Source: Thermomicrobiales bacterium (lineage in GTDB: Bacteria > Chloroflexota > Chloroflexia > Thermomicrobiales > UBA6265). Taken from it: DNA of 64,000 nt. The DNA lies in NCBI GenBank assembly GCA_049840815.1, contig JASGJI010000019.1:128613-192612 (forward strand), written 5' to 3'. Numbering within the stretch: position 1 is the stretch's first letter; every line of letters starts with the position of its first letter. Positions 1 through 10,210 of the stretch are shown here, piece after piece. A model generated the notes under the pieces. It made no database searches. It saw nothing but the letters and a program-made list of their open reading frames with translations, and was not told where the DNA came from. Both the position numbers and the translations under genes were made by a program.

Positions 1-702
1 CTGATCAACGAAATGCGACGGCGCGGGGTCGATACCTTGCTGGGGATGCCAATCGTCTGGGATGGGCAACCGCTTGGGGTGATTGCCGTATCCCAGAACA
101 CCCGCCATCCGGGGGTGCCGGTCATTCCGTGGGAGCGGCAGGGAGCCATCCTGCGTCGCGTTGCCATGACCATCGCCCCGATCCTGGAGAACCTGACCCT
201 CCACGAGAGCCTGACACGCGCGCTGAACGAAAGCGAAGTCCTGCGCAGCATCCTGAGCGATACCACCCGTCGCAACGATCCCGCCGAAGGGCTTCATGTC
301 CTCGCTAGGGCCGCGCACCTGCTCTACAGCGCCGACTATGTCGCGCTCGGCCGGGCCGATGGCGTGCGCTTCGACTGGCGCGTGCAGGTCGGTGCCCGGC
401 ATCCCTCGGCGTCGCGACTGACCTCGATCTCTCCACGGCTACAAGCCGCGATCGATGGCCTGATACCGGTCCTGGTTCGCAATTTCCCCAGCGATCCGCT
501 GATGGAGCATCCGGAGCTCTATCCCATCCACCAGTCCGAGGGCCTGCTGGCCTCGCTGACGATCCCGTTCGAGATCGAGGATGGTGGGCGCGGAGTCCTG
601 CTCGTGGGGCATCGCCGGCCCCATCAGTTCGACGCTGCGGATATCCGATTCGCCCGCTCGTTGGGCACTGCCGTCGCAGCGCGGCTCCTCACGAAGCCCT
701 GA
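1..702 (+). CDS. GAF domain-containing protein, 5'-truncated by the window edge
   Basis: Open frame from base 1. Two GAF-like segments (LLGMPIVWDGQPLGVIAV; LTIPFEIEDGGRGVLLVGHRRPHQFDAADIRF). Confidence 0.75.
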   Translation: MINEMRRRGVDTLLGMPIVWDGQPLGVIAVSQNTRHPGVPVIPWERQGAILRRVAMTIAPILENLTLHESLTRALNESEVLRSILSDTTRRNDPAEGLHVLARAAHLLYSADYVALGRADGVRFDWRVQVGARHPSASRLTSISPRLQAAIDGLIPVLVRNFPSDPLMEHPELYPIHQSEGLLASLTIPFEIEDGGRGVLLVGHRRPHQFDAADIRFARSLGTAVAARLLTKP

Positions 703-718
703 TTTCGTCACACGCGGA

Positions 719-750
719 AACGCGGCATCCCGAATGCGGGACGCCGCGTT
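719..750. terminator. Stem-loop between convergent genes
   Basis: AACGCGGCATCCCG-AATG-CGGGACGCCGCGTT imperfect inverted repeat. Confidence 0.6.
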
Positions 751-777
751 CTCTTTCCTCGCGACAGGAACGCCGGC

Positions 778-972
778 CTAATCCGTCGTCGTCTGCCGAT
801 ACATCACGATGCCAATGATCGAGACGATGACGCCGGCAATCATCAGCGCGAGCGTGAGGTCCGACTGAGTCTTGTCCGTGTCCCACTGCGACTCAAGGAT
901 CCCATAGAGCATGAAGCCAACGGATGCGGCGACAACCCCAGCCGCTGTGAGGATACGCGAAAGTTGCAGCAT
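778..972 (-). CDS. Small two-TM membrane protein
   Basis: MLQLSRILTAAGVVAASVGFMLYG...LALMIAGVIVSIIGIVMY, two hydrophobic helices. Confidence 0.65.
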   Translation of the reverse strand: MLQLSRILTAAGVVAASVGFMLYGILESQWDTDKTQSDLTLALMIAGVIVSIIGIVMYRQTTTD

Positions 973-1095
973 GATCTGGAATCTCCCCTGAACCGAGTCT
1001 ACCCACCACGAATCCACGCTAGCGTACCGAATCAGGCGACATGCGTCGAGGGGTTCCGGGCTGCTGGCGCATCCTTGCCCAATCCCGGACGCAAA

Positions 1096-1134
1096 AATCC
1101 GGGCGGAAGGGCATCTGCCCCTCCGCCCCGGATT
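1096..1134 (-). terminator. Intrinsic terminator
   Basis: GC stem followed by a T-run on the minus strand, downstream of the CDS ending at 1153. Confidence 0.6.
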
Positions 1135-1152
1135 CGAGAGCCTGCGCGCAGA

Positions 1153-2109
1153 CTAGGCGACCGTGACCGTGGTCGCCGCGCCAGCGGCGGACTGGAGTCC
1201 ACCGGCGGAAGCCGGGAGGCTGCTGAAGACCGCGTAGTTTCCAGCCTCGAGCGTCGCACCGACATAGGCGGTGGCATTCGGGGACAGGGCACCACACCCG
1301 GCAACGACAAGGCCGTTGACCGTGCCACCGGAAGCGAGTGCCGCCGCGATGGCAACCGGATCGATCGCCTCGCCGACTTCCTTCACCAGCACCACGTCCA
1401 TCACCTCGGTGGAGGTGTTGGTGACCTTCCAGATCGCCTGGGCGGTGGTCGCGTCGGACGCGAGCGAGATGCCATTGGCCGCGAGGGTAATGGTGTTGTC
1501 ACTCGGGAACGAATCGGCGACCGGGGAAGCCTCGGCAACCGGCGTTGCCGCAGCCTCTTCCTCGGCTGGCGCCGACACGCTGATCACCTGGGCGGACTGG
1601 TTCCCACCCGGATTCGAGCTGAAGGCCACCCAGCGGCCTTCCGACAGCGTGATGACCGACTGCGTCGTGAAGCCCGGCGCCGCGAACGCGCCACCAGCGA
1701 ACTGGGCGGCGTCGGTGGCGAACCACTCCGGGAGCGTACCGCCCTCGCCCTTGAAGGAGGACGAGAGAACCGACGTGAAGTCGCCGACCGAGACATCATC
1801 CGGCAGCTTCACGAAGTTGACGTTGGCGATGTTGTTCGTCGTCGCATTGATGAGTTCGACGAGTGTCTCGCCCGAAACGAGTCCAGCCGGCGGGGTGGAG
1901 ATCGAGAAGACATCTTCCTTCGCCGTAACGGCGATGGTCTGAAGGTCCGGCGCGATGCTCACCGGTGCTGCCGGGGTGGCGGCTGGCGTCGCAGACTGGG
2001 CGGCAACGATACTGCCAAACGAAACCGTGGAAACGGCGGCTGCCGTCACCACGCTGCCCGCAACCGCTGCGCGCAGCATGAACTGGCGTCGATCGTAGAC
2101 TCGATTCAT
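1153..2109 (-). CDS. Tat-secreted protein with two cupredoxin-like domains lacking copper ligands
   Basis: DRRQFM twin-Arg signal, AAQSATPAATP linker, two internally similar beta domains, GGAG RBS. Confidence 0.7.
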   Translation of the reverse strand: MNRVYDRRQFMLRAAVAGSVVTAAAVSTVSFGSIVAAQSATPAATPAAPVSIAPDLQTIAVTAKEDVFSISTPPAGLVSGETLVELINATTNNIANVNFVKLPDDVSVGDFTSVLSSSFKGEGGTLPEWFATDAAQFAGGAFAAPGFTTQSVITLSEGRWVAFSSNPGGNQSAQVISVSAPAEEEAAATPVAEASPVADSFPSDNTITLAANGISLASDATTAQAIWKVTNTSTEVMDVVLVKEVGEAIDPVAIAAALASGGTVNGLVVAGCGALSPNATAYVGATLEAGNYAVFSSLPASAGGLQSAAGAATTVTVA

Positions 2110-2292
2110 GCATTCACTCCTCGGGGCATGCCCCTTGCGCACCTTCCCCGGTGGGGAAGAGCTTTCCATGCCGGACGTGTGCAGGGACGGCGCCCGGATA
2201 GCAGCATCCATGGTATCGCATGTCGGTTGCCATCGACGATGTGCCGCCTGCACGCCGACTCGGTAGCCGTCTGCCGGAATCCCGGGGACAGC

Positions 2293-3618
2293 CTAGCGAG
2301 CAGCAGCGGCAGAGACGGTATCATCGGCAGGGGATGCCTGGGAGATGCGTTCGTCCGCATCCTCATGGACCGTGCTGAACCGTTCCCGCATCATCCAGAT
2401 ACCGGCGGCAGAAACAAGCCCGACAACGAAGAAGATGGTCCACGGCACCATCCCCATTCCCGGCCGCGTGCCAAGGTCATAGAGGGTTCCGCCGAGAAGG
2501 TTCCCCAGGCTGCCGCCAACCGCCAGCGAGAGGGACGCGACGCCAAAGTACGCGCCGCGTGCCGCGGGCTTCGCCAGATTCGCCGTCACGGTCTCCTGCC
2601 CGGGCCGAGCGAGGACCGCACCCACCGAGAAGACGGCTGAGGCCACCAGCAAGCCGAACGTGTTCGCGGAGAATCCGACCAGCAACAATCCACTGGCAAG
2701 CACGATCAACCCGACCACGAGCAGGGCAATCGGCGAGAACCACCGTTCCAGCGCGCGCGGCAGCAGATAGCCAAGCCCGATCGTGATCGCCGTGTTCACG
2801 GCGTAAAGCCAGGACACCGAGGCATCGGTCCCTGTAAGGTCGGCGGCAAAGAGCACGATCGTCAGTCCGAACTGCGACGACGCGAACCAGTACCCGGTCA
2901 GCAGCATCAGGAAGAGCATGAAATCGCGATCGCGGAAGACAGCGCGGAGGCCGGTCGCTGACCCGGCGGCTTCTCCGTCCTCGACCGTCTGCATCCGGGT
3001 CGACACGGAGATGTTGGGCAACATGGCGACCATCACCACGCTGATGATGACGTACGCCGAAGCCGCCGCAATGCAGACGATCCGGAAGTCCGCGCGAATC
3101 AGGAATGCGCCAAGCTGGGTGCCGACCGTCATTCCTGCGCCGGAGATGACGCCTAGCGTCGAGTAGAGGCGTTGGCGTGTCTCTGGCTGAGAGAGCGCCG
3201 CAATGGCTGCCGACTTCGGTGCCTCGAACATGGAGCCGCCAAACCCGGCGAGAATCGCCGCCAGCAGGACCGGCCAGAAATGACTCGCGTAGGCCATCGC
3301 GAAGAATCCCGCCGCGCGGACCAGCATGCCGGTCGCGATGATCGGCTTCGGGCCGATGCGGTCGGCGAGGACCCCGAAAAAGGCGGTCATACCCTGCTGC
3401 GTGAGCTGGCGGATGGCGAGCACGAGGCCAACGGTTCCGGCCGCCCAACCAAGATGATCGACATAATGAACGGCCACCAGCGGGATGACCATGAAGAACC
3501 CGCCCCACGTGAGGAAGGTGCTGATCATCACGGCGATCAGGCCGCTCCGGCGCTGGCGGTCGCTGAGACGTTCGGGCGGTATCGGGGCCGGCAGCGAGAG
3601 GGCGATACGGGCGTTCAT
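2293..3618 (-). CDS. MFS transporter (MdtH-like)
   Basis: About 12 TM segments, GVLADRIGPK motif A. Confidence 0.85.
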   Translation of the reverse strand: MNARIALSLPAPIPPERLSDRQRRSGLIAVMISTFLTWGGFFMVIPLVAVHYVDHLGWAAGTVGLVLAIRQLTQQGMTAFFGVLADRIGPKPIIATGMLVRAAGFFAMAYASHFWPVLLAAILAGFGGSMFEAPKSAAIAALSQPETRQRLYSTLGVISGAGMTVGTQLGAFLIRADFRIVCIAAASAYVIISVVMVAMLPNISVSTRMQTVEDGEAAGSATGLRAVFRDRDFMLFLMLLTGYWFASSQFGLTIVLFAADLTGTDASVSWLYAVNTAITIGLGYLLPRALERWFSPIALLVVGLIVLASGLLLVGFSANTFGLLVASAVFSVGAVLARPGQETVTANLAKPAARGAYFGVASLSLAVGGSLGNLLGGTLYDLGTRPGMGMVPWTIFFVVGLVSAAGIWMMRERFSTVHEDADERISQASPADDTVSAAAAR

Positions 3619-3869
3619 GCAGGAGAAACCTTCGGGAACGGACGGAAACGCCCCCCACGATCGGAACGGTGACGGATCGGATGACGTGCGAATTGTCGGT
3701 GTCGGCGCGGCTTCTGGCAATCGTCACGCCCACCGGATCAGCCGAACGACGGCGGCCTGCCAGCTACACTTGCGCGCATGGCGTCGTGGGGATGACGAGG
3801 GCATCGCCGCCGGTCCCTGGCGGTTCCCGGGGGGCAGAATCCGGATGCAAAGGAGCATCGTTCAGGGCC

Positions 3870-4490
3870 ATGAGCTACGATCCGCAGACCATCTTTACGG
3901 CCATTGATCTCTTCGGTGTCTTCGTAGGGGGAGTTACCGGCGCGTTGGTCGGTCGTCGGTTGCGCTACGACATTACCGGCCTGTGGGGGCTGGCCCTGGT
4001 GAGCGGCCTCGGCGGCGGATTGATCCGCGACACCTTTCTGCAGGATGGTCCGCCGCTGGCGCTGATCGAACCGACCTACCTGCCGACGGTGCTGGCGGCG
4101 GCATTCGCGGTGGCCTTCTTCGGCCCACATCTCGGGTCGCTGAAGATGTCCATCGTGGCCGCCGATGCCCTGGCGCTGGCAAGTTTCACCGTGGCGGGAT
4201 GCCTCCGCACCTTCGATGCGGGGCTGGGCATCTGGCCGGCCATCCTGCTCGGCGTGATCACGGCGGTCGGTGGCGGCATGATCCGCGACATCCTGACCGG
4301 GGACACGCCGATGGTCTTCCGCAACGGCGAGCTCTATGCGCTGGCAGCGCTGGGTGGTTGCCTCGTCGTCGTCCTCTGCCGCGAACTGGATGCGCCCCGC
4401 ACGATCACGAGCCTTGCCGGGATGGCGGTCGTGCTGTTGCTGCGCTTCGGGTCGGTTCGCTGGGGATGGAGGTCGTGGGTACCTCGCTGA
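3870..4490 (+). CDS. Trimeric intracellular cation channel (UPF0126) family protein
   Basis: Duplicated GLGGGLIRD / AVGGGMIRDIL motifs. Confidence 0.9.
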   Translation: MSYDPQTIFTAIDLFGVFVGGVTGALVGRRLRYDITGLWGLALVSGLGGGLIRDTFLQDGPPLALIEPTYLPTVLAAAFAVAFFGPHLGSLKMSIVAADALALASFTVAGCLRTFDAGLGIWPAILLGVITAVGGGMIRDILTGDTPMVFRNGELYALAALGGCLVVVLCRELDAPRTITSLAGMAVVLLLRFGSVRWGWRSWVPR

Positions 4491-4503
4491 GGGGCGCACA
4501 TCG

Positions 4504-4797
4504 TCAGGCGGTCCGTGGCTTCGGCGGGCGGATCAGCAACTCGATGTCCTCATCATGGATCTCGAAGACCCAGCCCGCCACGGTTGCGATGGCGGGGGTG
4601 GAGATCTCTCCGTAGCGGATTTCCACCTGATGCCCCTCGATCTCCACATTTCGCACGGCATGCCGGCTGAACGCCATGCGCGGGTTACGGTAGATCCGGC
4701 GCGGACCGCCGACCTCATCCACCGCTGCGTTCGCGATCCGCGTTGCCTCGTCCTCATCCAGTGGTATCGGTTCTGGTCGCTGTTCTGGCGTGGTCAT
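4504..4797 (-). CDS. Hypothetical protein (97 aa)
   Basis: AGGAGG-like RBS, protein-like composition, fills the gap between flanking genes. Confidence 0.7.
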   Translation of the reverse strand: MTTPEQRPEPIPLDEDEATRIANAAVDEVGGPRRIYRNPRMAFSRHAVRNVEIEGHQVEIRYGEISTPAIATVAGWVFEIHDEDIELLIRPPKPRTA

Positions 4798-4989
4798 CGC
4801 GCATTCCTCCTTGCGTCACCGCTTCGCGACACTGCTGAGCGCATGGTACTCCGCCACCGATCTGCCCGAATGGCATGTGCGCGAGACACAATTCACGAAT
4901 CCCGAAACGTCTGGTACGGTGCATCGAATCGGGCTGGGATGCCCGCCTACGAGCAGTTCGCCCATGCGCGCAGGAGCACTACGACCGCC

Positions 4990-6219
4990 ATGACCGCACC
5001 CGTTGTCCCGCTCCTTCGCTCCCTCTCCGGCGATATCGACGAGATCCTCCCCGGTGTCATCGCCGACCGCCGCCACCTCCACGAGCATCCCGAACTTGGC
5101 TTCCACGAGGTCGAGACCTCCCGTTTCGTGGCGGAACGCCTCGCCGCCCTTGGGGTGGAGGAGATCCGCACCGGGATCAACATCACGGGCGTCACCGGCC
5201 TGATTCACGGGTCGAAGCCATCGGATGGCCCAGGTCGGACCATCCTCCTTCGGGCCGACATGGATGCCCTTCCCATCATCGAAGAGACCGGCGCCGAGTA
5301 CGCTTCGAAGCACGACGGCGTCATGCACGCGTGCGGGCACGACGCGCACACTGCCATCCTGCTCGGGGTCGCGCGGGTGCTCAGCGAGCGGAAGGCGGAG
5401 TTCTCCGGCACCATCAAGCTCCTGTTCCAGCCCGCCGAGGAGATCGGCGACGGCGGCGCGAAGGGCATGATCGAAGACGGCGTGCTGGAGAACCCGCATG
5501 TCGATGCCGTCTTCGGCCTCCACATGAACCCCGCCGTCCCCGCCGACGTCGTGATGGTCGGGAGCGGTCCGCTCTTCGCGGCAGTCGACACCTTCACTAT
5601 CACCGTTCATGGAAAAGGCGGGCATGGTGCCTATCCGAATACGGCGATCGATCCGATCACGGCGGGCATGCACATCCTCTTCGGCCTCCAGCAGCTCATC
5701 TCCCGCGAACTTGACCCGATGACGCCCGCCGTGGTGAATGTCTGCACCTTCCACAGCGGCACCGCGACCAACATCGTCCCTCCCACGGCGACGCTCTCCG
5801 GCACCGTTCGATCGTTCGACCCGGACCTGCGCGAACACCTGAAAGAACGCATCCATGCCATCGCCGAAGGGACCGCCGCTGCCATGGGATCGCAGGCGGA
5901 GGTGGAGTATCACTGGGGCTACCCGGCGGGCATCACCGACGCGGCATTCTCCGAATGGGCACGGGATGCCCTGGCGGAGCAGCTCGGCCCGGATCGGGTG
6001 GCGATCTTCCCGCAGGAAATGGGCGCGGAGGACTTCGCCTACTTCCTCCAGCACCGGCCGGGGACGTTCATCTACGTCGGCTCCGGGAATGCCGAGCGCG
6101 GCATCACCTATGACTGCCATCATCCGAAGTTCGACATCGATGAGGAGGCACTCGCCACCGGCATCGAGGCGACCGTCACCGTGGCGACACGGTTCCTCGC
6201 AGGGGAGGGGGCTGCATGA
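4990..6219 (+). CDS. M20D family amidohydrolase, paralog 1
   Basis: RADMDALP, MHACGHD, FQPAEE, GLH, GAEDF, HHPKFD motifs. Confidence 0.93.
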   Translation: MTAPVVPLLRSLSGDIDEILPGVIADRRHLHEHPELGFHEVETSRFVAERLAALGVEEIRTGINITGVTGLIHGSKPSDGPGRTILLRADMDALPIIEETGAEYASKHDGVMHACGHDAHTAILLGVARVLSERKAEFSGTIKLLFQPAEEIGDGGAKGMIEDGVLENPHVDAVFGLHMNPAVPADVVMVGSGPLFAAVDTFTITVHGKGGHGAYPNTAIDPITAGMHILFGLQQLISRELDPMTPAVVNVCTFHSGTATNIVPPTATLSGTVRSFDPDLREHLKERIHAIAEGTAAAMGSQAEVEYHWGYPAGITDAAFSEWARDALAEQLGPDRVAIFPQEMGAEDFAYFLQHRPGTFIYVGSGNAERGITYDCHHPKFDIDEEALATGIEATVTVATRFLAGEGAA

Positions 6220-7415
6220 CCCACCAGCTTCCCGCCCTCCGCCACGACATCGACGAGATCATTCCCGGCGTCATCGCCGACCGGCGGCACGTCCACGAAC
6301 ACCCCGAAGTCGCCTTCCATGAGCACGCCACCGCGGCATTCGTCGCGGACCGGCTCGTAGCACTCGGCGTAGGAGACATCCGGACCGGCATCAACGGGAC
6401 GGGAGTCACGGGGGTGATCCGCGGAACGAAACCAGCATCTGGCCCTACGCGGACGATCCTCTTCCGTTCGGAGCTCGATGGCCTGCCCGTGCAGGAGGAG
6501 ACCGGAGCCGACTACGCCTCGCAGGTGACGGGGGTCTCCCACGCCTGCGGGCACGATGGCAACATCGCCGCGCTGCTCGCAGTCGCGCGCATCCTGATGG
6601 GACGACGCAACACGTTCTCCGGCTCCGTGAAGGTCCTCTTCCAGCCCGCCGAGGAATTGCCACCCGGCGGCGCGAAGGGGATGGTCGAGACTGGAGTGCT
6701 GGATGACGTGGATGCCGTCGTTGTGATGGGGATCAGTCTCTTCAATGATCTTGGTACGGTCATCACCTCGCCGGGGCCGATCCTCGCAGCCTCCGATATC
6801 TTCACCCTGACGATCACGGGGCAGGGTGGACATGCCGCCCTGCCGCACCAGGCCATCGATCCGGTGGTGATCGCCTTCCAGGTCGGCTCTGCATTGCAGA
6901 CGCTGGTCTCGCGGGAGGTCGATCCAATGGGACGTGCCGTGGTGAGCATCTGCTCGCTTCACGGCGGCGATGTCCACAACGTGATCCCAGAGACCGTGAC
7001 GCTCGCCGGGACAGTCCGCACGTTCGATCCCGACGTCCGCACCTACATCGCACGGCGGATCGACGAGATCGCCTCCGGAATCGCCGCAGCCAGCGGGGCC
7101 AGCGCCACACTCGACTACACCTGGGGTTACCCCGTCACCGTCAATGATCCAGAGATCACCCGGCTCGTGCAGGATGTTGCGGCTACGGTGGTTGGGGCGG
7201 AGCATTTGGGGCCGCTGGTTCCACTCCTCGGCGGGGAGGATGCTGCCTACTTCCTGGAAGGCCGCCCCGGCTGCTACGCCTTCGTTGGGGCACGCAACCC
7301 GGAGAAGGGGTTCACCTTCATGCATCATCACCCGAAGTTCGATTTCGACGAAGACGCGCTGGCAATCGACATCGAGATGATGGTCGCCACTGCCCTCCGA
7401 TTCCTCGATTCCTGA
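6216..7415 (+). CDS. M20D family amidohydrolase, paralog 2 (divergent active site)
   Basis: RSELDGLP, SHACGHDGN, FQPAEE, GGEDA, HHPKFD. ATGA overlap with paralog 1. Confidence 0.9.
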   Translation: MTHQLPALRHDIDEIIPGVIADRRHVHEHPEVAFHEHATAAFVADRLVALGVGDIRTGINGTGVTGVIRGTKPASGPTRTILFRSELDGLPVQEETGADYASQVTGVSHACGHDGNIAALLAVARILMGRRNTFSGSVKVLFQPAEELPPGGAKGMVETGVLDDVDAVVVMGISLFNDLGTVITSPGPILAASDIFTLTITGQGGHAALPHQAIDPVVIAFQVGSALQTLVSREVDPMGRAVVSICSLHGGDVHNVIPETVTLAGTVRTFDPDVRTYIARRIDEIASGIAAASGASATLDYTWGYPVTVNDPEITRLVQDVAATVVGAEHLGPLVPLLGGEDAAYFLEGRPGCYAFVGARNPEKGFTFMHHHPKFDFDEDALAIDIEMMVATALRFLDS

Positions 7416-7476
7416 TTCTTCGCTCACGGAAGACATCGCCCAGATGTCCCGGCCACACTCGACAGGAGAGGTTCCC

Positions 7477-8682
7477 ATGGTCACGACCACGCTTCAGAAC
7501 GACATCGACGAGCTCCTTCCCGGTGTGATCGCCGACCGGCGCTGGCTGCACGAGCATCCGGAACTCGGGTTCGAGGAAGTGCAGACGGCGGCCTTCATCC
7601 AGCAGCGGCTTGAGTCGCTGGGAGTGGAGGATATCCGCACCGGCATCGCGAAGACCGGCGCGACGGCCCTGATTCGAGGCACGGCGAATGGTCCCGGCAA
7701 GGACAAGGTCATTCTCCTTCGCGCCGATATCGATGCCTTGCCGATCCTGGAGGAGAACGAGACCGAGTACGTGTCGCAGACGCCGGGTACCATGCATGCC
7801 TGCGGGCACGATGCCCACACCGCGATCCTGCTCGGCGTCACCCGCCTCCTGGTGGAACGCCGCAACGAGTTCAGCGGCACGGTGAAGGTCCTGTTCCAGC
7901 CGGCGGAGGAGCGTTTCCCCGGCGGCGCCTCGGTAATGGTGCAGGAAGGCGTCCTGGAAGACCCACACGTCGATGCCGTCTTCGGCCTGCACATGGCCAA
8001 CGACACGGAAGTCGGATTCGTGAAGATCGCAGGCGGCCCGATCCTCGCCGCGCCGGACAGTTTCGAAATCATCATCCAGGGCAAGGGCGGCCACGCGGCG
8101 CGGCCGCAGGCGGCGGTTGATCCGGTGGTGATCGGCTCCCAGATCGTCGCGGCACTGCAAACGCTGGTCTCCCGCGAGACGGACCCGATGGACAACGCCG
8201 TGGTCAGCACGACGATCTTCCAGGCGGGCGAGGCGTTCAACGTGATCCCCGATACCGCACGGCTGGGTGGCACCGTCCGCACGTTCACGACCGAAACGCG
8301 CGAGCATATGGCGAAGCGCATCCCGGAGATCGCCAAGGGCATTGGCGAGGCGATGGGCGCGACGGTCGAGGCGACGTTTACCTACGGCTATCCCGCAACG
8401 ATCAACGATCCCGCCGAATCGGAGCGCCTGCGCGCCGTGGCGATCGCGGTCCTCGGCGAGGAGAAGGTCCTGCCGATGAAGCCGATCATGGGCGGCGAGG
8501 ACTTCTCCTACTTCCTGAACGAGCGTCCTGGCTCCTTCTTCTTCGTCGGCTCGAAAAACACGGAGAAGGGCCTGATCTGGGGCCACCATCATCCAAAGTT
8601 CGACATCGATGAGGAGTCGATGGGCGTCGGCATCGCGGTCAGTGTCGCGAACGTGATCGACTGGTTCTCCACCGAGAGGTGA
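7477..8682 (+). CDS. M20D family amidohydrolase, paralog 3
   Basis: Full motif set, AGGAGAGG RBS. Confidence 0.93.
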   Translation: MVTTTLQNDIDELLPGVIADRRWLHEHPELGFEEVQTAAFIQQRLESLGVEDIRTGIAKTGATALIRGTANGPGKDKVILLRADIDALPILEENETEYVSQTPGTMHACGHDAHTAILLGVTRLLVERRNEFSGTVKVLFQPAEERFPGGASVMVQEGVLEDPHVDAVFGLHMANDTEVGFVKIAGGPILAAPDSFEIIIQGKGGHAARPQAAVDPVVIGSQIVAALQTLVSRETDPMDNAVVSTTIFQAGEAFNVIPDTARLGGTVRTFTTETREHMAKRIPEIAKGIGEAMGATVEATFTYGYPATINDPAESERLRAVAIAVLGEEKVLPMKPIMGGEDFSYFLNERPGSFFFVGSKNTEKGLIWGHHHPKFDIDEESMGVGIAVSVANVIDWFSTER

Positions 8683-8687
8683 GCGAT

Positions 8688-8882
8688 GAGAGGAGTGAGA
8701 AGCGAGGGGGTTGCTGGGCGGGTTCCTGCATTCGGGAGTTCCGTATTCCCCCCACGTCCTACACCGCTTGCTGAATCCTGCTGATCCGGGCGTGTGGTGG
8801 ACGACCATACGTAGGGGCCGATCCCGTATCGGCCCGGTTTCGACAACGATGAGTTCCGCATTCCACCCAACTCACTCCTCTC
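8688..8882. repeat. Intergenic inverted-repeat element with an internal GTAG REP-like palindrome
   Basis: GAGAGGAGTGAG (8688-8699) / CTCACTCCTCTC (8871-8882); GTAG-GGGCCGAT-CCCGT-ATCGGCCC at 8811-8835. Confidence 0.7.
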
Positions 8883-8909
8883 GCCTCTCCCCTCAGAAAG
8901 GGTTCATCC

Positions 8910-10121
8910 ATGCCAACTGCTCCTGTCCCGTTGGCCGTCGAGGTCGATGAAATCCTCCCCGGCGTGATCGCGGACCGCCGTCATTTCCACGAGAACCCGG
9001 AACTGGGGTTCCAGGAGTTCGAGACCGCGAAGCTCGTCGCCGAACGCCTCGCGTCGCTGGGCGTCGAGGACATCCGGACCGGCATCAACACGACCGGCAT
9101 CACCGGCCTTATCCGGGGGTCTGGTTCGGGACCGAACGCCGACAAGACGATCCTGCTCCGAGCGGACATGGACGCCCTTCCGATCATCGAGGAAACGGGC
9201 GTCGAGTACGTGTCGAAGCACGAGGGCGTCATGCACGCCTGCGGTCACGATGCGCACACCGCGATCCTGCTCGGCGCAGCCCGCATCCTGACCCAGCGGA
9301 AGGACGCGTTCGCGGGGACCGTCAAGGTGCTCTTCCAGCCCGCCGAGGAAATGCCGCCCGGTGGCGCGCTCGGCATGATCGAGCAGGGCGTGCTGGAGAA
9401 TCCGCATGTCGATGCCGTCTTCGGGCTGCACATGGCGAACGCCCTTCCGGTAGGGCAGGTGGCCGTGGCAGGGGGGCCGATCCTGGCAGGAGGTGATCTC
9501 TTCAAGATCACCATCCAGGGCAAGGGCGGGCATGCCGCACGTCCGCAGGCGGCGATCGACCCGGTGGTGATCGGGTCGCAGATCGTGGCGGCGTTCCAAA
9601 CCATCGTTTCGCGCAGCGTCGATCCGATGGAGAGCGCGGTGGTCAGCATCACGTTCTTCAAGGCCGGGGAGGCATTCAACGTCATCCCGGATGTCGCCAC
9701 CATCGGAGGGACGGTGCGCTGGTTCTCGATGGACGTCGCCGCCCTGGTCGAGGAGCGGATGATCGCCATCGCCGAAGGGATCGGCAAGGCAGCCGGTGCC
9801 GACGTGACCGTCGAGATCATCAAGGGCTACCCGCCAACGATCAACGACGCCGACCAGGCGGCCATCGTGCGCGAGGCACTGGTGGCCGTGGCCGGCGAGG
9901 AGAACGTCATCACGCCAACGCCGATCATGGGCGGCGAGGACTTCTCGCGCTTCCTGCTGAACCGGCCCGGCGCGTTCTTCAACATCGGCTCGATGAACGT
10001 CGAGAAGGGCTTCGTCTACGGGCATCATCACCCGAAGTTCGACATTGACGAGGAATCGCTCGGGATGGGCGTCGCGGCAATGGTGCAGACCGTCCTGACC
10101 TGGTTCTCACGAGAGGAGTGA
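8910..10121 (+). CDS. M20D family amidohydrolase, paralog 4
   Basis: Full motif set. Confidence 0.93.
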   Translation: MPTAPVPLAVEVDEILPGVIADRRHFHENPELGFQEFETAKLVAERLASLGVEDIRTGINTTGITGLIRGSGSGPNADKTILLRADMDALPIIEETGVEYVSKHEGVMHACGHDAHTAILLGAARILTQRKDAFAGTVKVLFQPAEEMPPGGALGMIEQGVLENPHVDAVFGLHMANALPVGQVAVAGGPILAGGDLFKITIQGKGGHAARPQAAIDPVVIGSQIVAAFQTIVSRSVDPMESAVVSITFFKAGEAFNVIPDVATIGGTVRWFSMDVAALVEERMIAIAEGIGKAAGADVTVEIIKGYPPTINDADQAAIVREALVAVAGEENVITPTPIMGGEDFSRFLLNRPGAFFNIGSMNVEKGFVYGHHHPKFDIDEESLGMGVAAMVQTVLTWFSREE

Positions 10122-10171
10122 GGAGATGGTCTCGATGCAGGGCTTGTGCTGGCACCGTTTCCTCACTCCTC
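10113..10171. repeat. Intergenic inverted-repeat element
   Basis: GAGGAGTGAGGA (10113-10124, contains the stop codon) / TCCTCACTCCTC (10160-10171). Confidence 0.65.
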
Positions 10172-10210
10172 ATTCCTGTGTCCCCACCTCTCCCAGAAAG
10201 GCACGCATCC

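Noticed and set aside
4336-4989. N-terminal extension of paralog 1
   Set aside because: It overlaps two other genes, and homology to the paralogs begins at 4990.
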